The notes beneath the pieces are model-generated. The model was not told the origin of the DNA. It did not search any database and saw only the letters and a list, made by a program, of their open reading frames with translations. Positions 63,365-64,000 of a stretch of DNA of 64,000 bases are shown here, piece after piece (positions within the stretch are counted from its first letter, which is position 1; every line of letters begins with the position of its first letter). The position numbers and the translations under genes are program-made. The DNA comes from Felis catus. Lineage: Eukaryota. Location: the NCBI RefSeq assembly GCF_018350175.1, contig NC_058368.1, positions 203,052,001 through 203,116,000 of the forward strand, in the 5' to 3' direction.

Positions 63365-64000
63365 CCCAGCAAAACACAAAAAGCCTGAGAATTTTGAAGT
63401 AGGAATTACTATTATTTCTTCAAGTTACCTCCAGTTTTCCAACTAAAAAACAATGGAGCAAATATATTTAACTTGTCCGAAGCCAACCTACCAAGCTTAA
63501 TAAGATTTTTAGTTTCATATGCTGAGGGGGCAGATCCTCCCATCCATAACAAAATTAAACAAGTCTTTGAGAAAGTTGACCCACATGATAATCAGCTATT
63601 GAAAGTAACACACACAAGGGTTCACTTCCTTTTTTTGTTGTTGTTACTTTGTTGGGTTTTGTTGGGTTTTCTTTTGCTTTGTTTTTTTTTTCCTTTTTGT
63701 CAAAGTTATTATTTGATAGGGTCATTTCCTGCATCAGATTAGAAAGAGAAGAGAAAGCTGATATACCTGTTGACATATATTTATCTTCTTGATGACATTT
63801 AAAATTCATTTTTTGAATGCCAAGCTTAGTCATTCTACTCTCCCAGGCATTTGATTTTACTTCTTTGAAGATAGTGAAACTCATCATAATTGTATTGAAG
63901 GGATAAGTGAAGAAGGTAAATGACAAGAAAACACCCAAGGAAATATGCCATTGAGTGGTAAACAGCATACTCTTCATACCTAGAAAAGAAATCAACCCAC

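Noticed and set aside
1..64000. A host protein-coding gene, RNA gene or prokaryote-type system (operon, CRISPR array)
   Set aside because: No ORF outside repeats resembles a protein I recognise, no consistent exon chain is visible, and there is no regularly spaced repeat-spacer array. Small exons could still be missed by eye.

Overview
AT-rich mammalian genomic DNA from a felid (cat family), judged by about 20 tRNA-derived Can-SINEs of the SINEC_Fc type. I found no convincing host protein-coding exon, RNA gene or CpG-island promoter, so the window reads as intergenic or deep-intronic DNA dominated by transposable elements. It holds a full-length but inactivated L1 (27184-34299, perfect 18-bp TSD), an older internally deleted L1 (~38646-43701), and old L1M, L2, MIR and L3/CR1 fragments. 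It also has MaLR and ERV1 solo LTRs, DNA-transposon relics and microsatellites. Nearly all ORFs in the supplied track are L1 fragments, SINE read-throughs or repeat artefacts. The most notable items are: a CpG-rich, betaretrovirus-like solo LTR nested inside a SINE and carrying a near-perfect steroid hormone response element (7819-8341); a SINE with an apparent 3' transduction (54691-55002); a tail-only retroinsertion with a 14-bp TSD (44195-44232); and a still-readable CR1/L3 endonuclease relic (58462-58644). I see no evidence of a new gene-encoded system. Repeat family names come from my recollection of consensus sequences, not from a database search, and boundaries of old elements are approximate.
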